From Candidatus Methylomirabilia bacterium (GTDB lineage Bacteria > Methylomirabilota > Methylomirabilia > Rokubacteriales > CSP1-6): 13,032 nt of DNA. Below, in pieces: positions 8,144-13,032 of the stretch (positions are counted from its first letter, which is position 1; every line of letters begins with the position of its first letter). The notes beneath the pieces are model-generated. The model made no database searches. It was not told the origin of the DNA and saw only the letters and a list, made by a program, of their open reading frames with translations. The translations under genes were made by a program, and so were the position numbers. Where the stretch lies: positions 1-13,032 of the forward strand of contig JBHIBG010000077.1 of assembly GCA_046758965.1 (NCBI GenBank), given 5' to 3'.

Positions 8144-9373
8144 GTGCGCTACTACCTCGGAGTCGATTGGGCGGATCAGACGCATGCGGTGTGGGTCGTG
8201 GATGAGAGCGGGACGAAGGTCGCCGCGCGTCCGGTGGCGCACACGGCGGAGGGCTTGAGCGAGTGGGGCCGAGAGCTCGACGAGTGGCGGGCGCAGGGGA
8301 TCGAGCTGTGGGCGGCGATCGAGCGGCCCCACGGCCGGGTGGTGGACTTCCTGCTCGACCACGGCGTGGTGGTCTATCCCGTGAATCCCAAGGCACTGGA
8401 CCGGGCCCGGGATCGGTTTCGGCAGAGTGGGGCGAAGAGTGATCCGTTTGATGCGCGGGTCCTGGCCGACTTCCTGCGCACGGATCATGCGCATCTCCGG
8501 GCCCTCGAGCCGAGCTCGGACGCGGCCCAGGAGCTCAAACTCCTCACGGAGGACTGCCAGCGGCAGATCCGGCAGCAGACCCGCCTGGTCAACCAGCTGA
8601 CGGCCAGGCTGAAGGCATACTACCCACGGGCCCTGGAGGTGGCCGAGTTGACGACGGCGCTGGCGCGAGAGTTCCTGCAGGCCTATCCGACCCCGGAGGC
8701 CGTGACCGCCCTCACGGCACGCCAGTGGCAGCGGTGGGCGCGCGCGCATCGGCTGAGCGAGGCCCGGACCCGGGCGCTCTGGGACGTCCTCCAGCAGCCG
8801 CAGCTGCCCGTGCCGGCCCACGTGGTGCGGGCCAAGGCCCGGTTGATGCAGAGCCTGGTGACGCAGCTGACGCCGGTGGTGGCGGCCGTCGGGGAGTACC
8901 GAGAGGCGATCGAGGATTTTTTCGCGCGCATGCCGGCGGCGCAGTGGGCGCGGACGCTCCCGATCGGTAAGCACGGAATCACCGCGCCGACGCTTTGGGC
9001 CCGCCTGGGGGATGCCCCCGGGCGGTGGGAGTCGTTTCGGCATCTGCAGGCCCAGGCCGGCGCCGTGCCCGTGACGAAGCGGAGCGGCAAGCAGCGGGTC
9101 ATCCAGTTCCGCTTCGCCTGCGACAAGTCGTTGCGGTCCGTGGTCGATCAGGTGGCCTTCCTCTCGCTGCTCTCGAGTGAGTGGGCCCGGGCGTACTACG
9201 ACCAGCAGCGGGCGCGGGGACACACTCATCGCCAGGCGCTCCGAGCGCTGGGGGCGAAATGGTTGAAGATCATCTTCGTCATGTGGCAACGCCAAGTCCC
9301 GTACGACGAGCAGTACCACTTGGCGACGATGATGCGCCAGCAGTGGCGGCAGCCGCAGAAAAAAATCGCTTGA
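8144..9373 (+). CDS. IS110 family transposase/recombinase (409 aa)
   Basis: AGGAGGAGG SD then GTG 8144; RuvC-like DEDD residues (GVD, AIE, KSDPFDA); C-terminal AGAVPVTKRSGK with the conserved Ser. Confidence 0.95.
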   Translation: MRYYLGVDWADQTHAVWVVDESGTKVAARPVAHTAEGLSEWGRELDEWRAQGIELWAAIERPHGRVVDFLLDHGVVVYPVNPKALDRARDRFRQSGAKSDPFDARVLADFLRTDHAHLRALEPSSDAAQELKLLTEDCQRQIRQQTRLVNQLTARLKAYYPRALEVAELTTALAREFLQAYPTPEAVTALTARQWQRWARAHRLSEARTRALWDVLQQPQLPVPAHVVRAKARLMQSLVTQLTPVVAAVGEYREAIEDFFARMPAAQWARTLPIGKHGITAPTLWARLGDAPGRWESFRHLQAQAGAVPVTKRSGKQRVIQFRFACDKSLRSVVDQVAFLSLLSSEWARAYYDQQRARGHTHRQALRALGAKWLKIIFVMWQRQVPYDEQYHLATMMRQQWRQPQKKIA

Positions 9374-9392
9374 CGTGAACCAGAGAAAGTCT
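9370..9392 (+). promoter_or_regulatory. -35 half of the IS circle-junction promoter (pairs with -10 TATACT at 7862-7867)
   Basis: Junction reads TTGACG-tgaaccagagaaagtct (17 nt)-TATACT. Confidence 0.85.
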
Positions 9393-9456
9393 CGGCTGGC
9401 AGCGGCGCGGCGAGCAGGGCGAGGGGGAGGATGAGGGTGGCTAGTCTAAACTTCAT
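9391..9456 (-). pseudogene. Signal-peptide part of the interrupted substrate-binding protein
   Basis: GGAGA SD; MKFRLATLILPLALLAAPLPAE (22 codons) ends at the CT core. Confidence 0.9.
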
Positions 9457-9794
9457 GGTGGTCTCTCCGATTCGACGAAGAAACAAACTCCCCCGGCGGT
9501 CTGCGTAACCAACGAGAGGGTTGAGAGGTTGCCTGGGCACTCGGACCAAAGGTGCCTCCCGAAGGCCGGAGGGTAGGGTGATGGAAGGACTCTATGCCAG
9601 TGCTCGACGCCTGTCAACGGCAGCGTATGACCGCTCGAGTGGCTCGGGCTAGCCTGCCCCTTCCGGAAACAGAGAACCTGAACCGCCTCCGAAAGCAGCC
9701 ATTAAACCGGTCATGAACCGGCGATCGACCCCGAGAAAGCGACCGTGAAAGAGGCCCCTTGACAGGGGAGGTCTCGGGCCGATCCCTTCTGCCC

Positions 9795-10110
9795 ATGACC
9801 TCCAGCGAGGTGCGAAGGATTCGACGAAAGCTCGGGCTCACCCAGTCGAAATTCGCGTCGTTGGTCGGGGTCTCCGTCCGCGTCCACGACCTCCGGCACA
9901 CGTACGCGAGCCTGCTGCTCGCTGCTAGCGCGCCTCTGACCTCCGTATGCGCCCAGCTCGGCCATGCTTCCTCGGACACCACGCTCCGCCACTACGCCCG
10001 CTGGATCTCGTCGAAGGGTCGGCAGTGGGTCAACGCCCTCGATTCTGGAACCAGAATTGGGAACCAAACCGGATCGGCGGGTGAGGATGCGTTGGAACTG
10101 CCCGATCTGG
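9795..10110 (+). pseudogene. Chimeric remnant: XRE-type HTH N-terminus fused to tyrosine integrase C-terminus
   Basis: MTSSEVRRIRRKLGLTQSKFASLVGVSVR followed directly by VHDLRHTYASLL...QLGH...TTLRHY; frame runs antisense into the tRNA and stops at 10175. Confidence 0.8.
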
Positions 10111-10111
10111 C

Positions 10112-10186
10112 TGGAGCCGGCGGTGGGACTCGAACCCACGACCTGCTGATTACGAATCAGCTGCTCTGCCGCTGAGCTACACCGGC
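10112..10186 (-). tRNA. tRNA-Thr (anticodon CGT)
   Basis: 75-nt cloverleaf: acceptor GCCGGTG/CGCCGGC, D stem GCTC/GAGC, anticodon arm GCTGA-TTCGTAA-TCAGC, T arm GTGGG-TTCGAGT-CCCAC, encoded CCA. Confidence 0.97.
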
Positions 10187-10199
10187 TTTTCCGGAACCT

Positions 10200-10329
10200 G
10201 CCGCCCCAGGCCACCCCCCACCATCGCCAAGCGCCGGGCGAAGGCACAGCACAGAAAGTGAGGAGTCACATCCGTTAGGTTAGCACGCCGGCACGCCGCC
10301 TGGAAGGCCACCCGAACCGAGCGGTAGTC
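10200..10329 (-). pseudogene. Degenerate tyrosine recombinase fragment
   Basis: YRSVRVAFQAACRRANLTDVTPHFLCCAFARRLAMVG resembles the box II region (..ACRRAGL..VTPHxLRHxFASRLxMxG) with RH decayed to CC. Confidence 0.65.
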
Positions 10330-10423
10330 GCCTTGACTGCCCGCTCTCTGACTTCCCGGAGAGGTCGGGCCAAGCGGGAGCATGCGGAGACAAGATCTGC
10401 CCGGGAGCCTCTTGGAATTGGAT

Positions 10424-11209
10424 CTATCCGGAATGGGAGAGGAAATCTGTTCTGCCCCCGTCGACCGTCAGAACCTGGCCGGTGATGAAACTGGCTTCGT
10501 CGCTGGCCAGGAACAGTGCGCTATGGGCGACGTCTTCGGGTTCGCCAATGCGACCGAGCATCGCCCGGCTGGCAAGGTTCACGAGCCCGGCTTCGGCCTC
10601 TTCGCGTTGACCGCTGGACACCGTCATGTCGGTCCGGATAAACCCCGGGGCAATGGCGTTCACGGTGATGCCGTGGGGCCCCAGCTCCAGCGCCAGCCGT
10701 TTCGTCAAGGCGATGATCGCCCCCTTGGTTGCGGCGTAGGGCGTGGTGTCGGGCAGCGCCGTCCCAAGCCCAGCGATGGAAGCGATATTGACGATCTTGC
10801 CGTAGCGCCGCTCGATCATCTGCGGGGCGATCGCTTGGGTGCAGTGGAGGATGCCGTGCACGTTCACACCTATCATCTCGTCCAGGCTCGCCTCGGTGAG
10901 CGTCTGGATGTTCCCCCCGTGAAAAATCCCGGCGTTGTTGACCAAGACATCGATCTTCCCGAATCGCCCCAGGGCCTCCTCGACCATCGCCTGGACCTCA
11001 GCCGTGCGGGCCACGTCGGCCCGAACAGCAATGGCCTGGCCCCCGGCCTTGCGAATCTCGTCGACGAGCTTGTGGGCTGGTTCGCGACCCTTGAAGTAAT
11101 TCACCACCACCGCGGCCCGGTGCCTGGCGAACACCAAAGCCGTCGCCTTCCCGATGCCTCGCGACGCGCCGGTCACGAGCGCGACCTTGCCGATGAGCCG
11201 TTCACTCAT
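10424..11209 (-). CDS. Short-chain dehydrogenase/reductase (FabG-like)
   Basis: TGASRGIG, NNAG, S...YAATK, VNAIAPGFIRTDM, ITGQVLTVDGG motifs; alternative TTG start at 11230. Confidence 0.95.
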   Translation of the reverse strand: MSERLIGKVALVTGASRGIGKATALVFARHRAAVVVNYFKGREPAHKLVDEIRKAGGQAIAVRADVARTAEVQAMVEEALGRFGKIDVLVNNAGIFHGGNIQTLTEASLDEMIGVNVHGILHCTQAIAPQMIERRYGKIVNIASIAGLGTALPDTTPYAATKGAIIALTKRLALELGPHGITVNAIAPGFIRTDMTVSSGQREEAEAGLVNLASRAMLGRIGEPEDVAHSALFLASDEASFITGQVLTVDGGRTDFLSHSG

Positions 11210-11245
11210 GATCTCAAGCTGGCCTTCCAACCGGACGGTGAGCCT

Positions 11246-11275
11246 AGCCTAGCCCGAGGAGCCGGGGGGGGTCAA
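11246..11275 (-). promoter_or_regulatory. Putative sigma70 promoter of the SDR gene
   Basis: TTGACC (11275-11270), 18 nt, TAGGCT (11251-11246). Confidence 0.35.
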
Positions 11276-11439
11276 CCGCCGCCTCGACCCATGGCTGTCA
11301 CCTGGTGCCCCGGCGGTCCTACGGCCGGCTGCCCTCGCCGACGTCGGCCGCGGCTACGCCCTTGACAGGTCGTCCCGGCGCCCATAGGCTCCGGCCGCCG
11401 CTCGCCGAGGACTAGCTAGGGAATCCGGGACGGTCTGGC

Positions 11440-12240
11440 CTAACGCGCCGCGTCGATCGCCTTGAGATCGCCCGGGGTCAGGGTGAAGTCCAGCGCGGCC
11501 GCGTTTTCGCGCACGTGGTCACGCCGGCCCGCTTTGGGAATCGTGAACACCAACGGACGCCGGGTCAGGAAGTTCAGCGCAACCTGACGCGGCGTCCGGC
11601 CGTGCCTCTTGGCGATTTCGGCGACCCCACCCCGCAGGAATCCGCCCCTGGCCAGCGGTGTATACCCGACAACTGCGATCTTGCGCGTCTCGCAGTAGGG
11701 CAGGATATCCGCCTCGATCTCGCGATCACGCAGATGGTAAAGGACTTGATTGCAGACGAGCCGCTCGCGTGTCAGCGCCGCCTCCGCTTCTTTCATCTGC
11801 GCCACGTCAAAGTTGCTCACGCCGATGAAGCGTACCGAGCCGCGGGCGACGAGCTTTTCCATCGCCCGCATGGTCTCGCCTACGGGATGCCGGTGGCTCC
11901 ACCAGTGCAGCAGGTAGAGGTCGATGTAATCGGTGTTGAGGCGACGGAGCGAGCGCTCACAGGCTCGCAGCGTTCCGGCGTACGAGGCATTGTGCGGCAG
12001 CACCTTGGTGGCGACGAAGACCTCCGAGCGGTGCCCCGAGATCGCGCGCCCGACGACACGCTCGGCACCCCCATCGGCGTACATCTCGGCGGTGTCGATG
12101 TGGGTCAGGCCGAGCTCGATGCCCAACCGCAGCGCCGCCACCTCATCCTCGTGCGCGCCGCGGCTCTCGCCCATGCGCCACGTCCCCTGGCCGATGACGG
12201 ACACGCTGACCCCACTCCGCCCGAACGGACGCCTGATCAT
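11440..12240 (-). CDS. Aldo/keto reductase
   Basis: IGQGTW, IDTAEMY, FVATKV, IDLYLLHW (D-Y-K-H tetrad), IGVSNF, NQVLY, TIPKA motifs. Confidence 0.95.
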   Translation of the reverse strand: MIRRPFGRSGVSVSVIGQGTWRMGESRGAHEDEVAALRLGIELGLTHIDTAEMYADGGAERVVGRAISGHRSEVFVATKVLPHNASYAGTLRACERSLRRLNTDYIDLYLLHWWSHRHPVGETMRAMEKLVARGSVRFIGVSNFDVAQMKEAEAALTRERLVCNQVLYHLRDREIEADILPYCETRKIAVVGYTPLARGGFLRGGVAEIAKRHGRTPRQVALNFLTRRPLVFTIPKAGRRDHVRENAAALDFTLTPGDLKAIDAAR

Positions 12241-12316
12241 GCCCTGCCCCCGTCACCGCTCCGATCGTGACACCTGCTGAAGTCGTGCAACAAGTCGCCG
12301 TGGAGATCCCGCCGCC

Positions 12317-12823
12317 CTAGTGCATCATCGGAGGCTCTGACTCCGCAGGTGGCGGCTCTGCTGGAATTCCTGCGTAGCGGTCCCGTAGGCGCATCCACCA
12401 CTCCATCCGGGTCCAATCCGGCGTCTGAACGTAGCCGGGTTTCTCAGGATCAAGCCAGGGATTCGGGAACCACACGGTGATCATCTGCTCGCCCTTGCCG
12501 TTCCACATTCGAAAGCCCCAAGAGCCGCACCGGCCAGCCGGATCGAACTCCCGGAAGAACGCGGCCCGAGAGCAACGCCGCCACGCCGCAACTGCCGCCG
12601 GCACCGGCCGTGACCCGCTTCCCTTGTGAGACCCGATGCAGGGATGAAAGTGCCATAACCGCGAGCCCTGGCGCCCGACCGTGAGATAGCCATCCAGATA
12701 CCCAATCCGGGGCTTTTCAAGGAACTGGATTTCGAACACCGCCCCCTGAAGGCACGGCCCAAAGATGATTTGGTCCGAAGCCAACGCCCCGCGGACACTC
12801 GGTGGGGTGGTCTCCATCCGCAC
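12317..12823 (-). CDS. Hypothetical protein; start uncertain, possibly 5'-truncated
   Basis: Protein-like from DQIIFGPCLQGAVFEI through HFHPCIG and SWGFRMWNGKGEQMITVWFPNPW; no clear SD at 12823. Confidence 0.65.
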   Translation of the reverse strand: MRMETTPPSVRGALASDQIIFGPCLQGAVFEIQFLEKPRIGYLDGYLTVGRQGSRLWHFHPCIGSHKGSGSRPVPAAVAAWRRCSRAAFFREFDPAGRCGSWGFRMWNGKGEQMITVWFPNPWLDPEKPGYVQTPDWTRMEWWMRLRDRYAGIPAEPPPAESEPPMMH

Positions 12824-13032
12824 CGAGCCTGCGTGGCGCTGGAGTGGTTGCTTCTAGCATGACGACGGGCACGCAGAGACGCTGCCTGAGGCGACAACGG
12901 ACGCGGGGATGGAAGGCGACGAATCAGCCCGGCCCCAGCTGTCGACTGCCTGGACTGCCGCCCGGATGTTTGATGCTGCTAGCGGGTGACCACAAACCCG
13001 TGGGAGCGGAGATCATTCGCGCTGACTGGCTG

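Larger units (their letters stand above)
7860..9390 (+). mobile_element. IS110-family insertion sequence, 1531 bp, CT core at both junctions (7860-7861, 9391-9392)
   Basis: Removing 7860-9390 restores ...PLPAE-AQKPGK... in the interrupted gene; DEDD recombinase inside; no terminal inverted repeats seen; long left and very short right non-coding ends. Confidence 0.95.

Noticed and set aside
9226..9549. 107-aa minus-strand ORF
   Set aside because: Chimera of the signal peptide reading into the antisense IS right end
9457..9600. Possible riboswitch upstream of the binding-protein gene
   Set aside because: Only a GC hairpin; no aptamer consensus recognised
1..13032. CRISPR array, cas genes or rRNA
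   Set aside because: No regularly spaced direct repeats or such genes seen

Overview
GC-rich bacterial accessory region; the gene families suggest Ca. Rokubacteria/Methylomirabilota (inference). It holds several stand-alone enzyme genes, a glycine-zipper lipoprotein, small hypothetical genes and a tRNA-Thr(CGT) flanked by tyrosine-recombinase remnants. The highlight is a complete 1531-bp IS110-family element (7860-9390) inserted at a CT core in the signal-peptide cleavage site (AE|AQK) of an ABC substrate-binding protein gene. Both ends, the empty target and the circle junction can be reconstructed; the junction forms a TTGACG-17-TATACT promoter. The left non-coding end folds into a bridge-RNA-like structure, with one loop matching the target and a second matching the element's own junction. 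The target guides spell a coding motif (GCC GAG GCG CAG AAG = AEAQK), suggesting the element homes into a multi-copy protein family. RNA-guided IS110 recombination is an established mechanism; the guides, target choice and side features here were read by eye and are untested.
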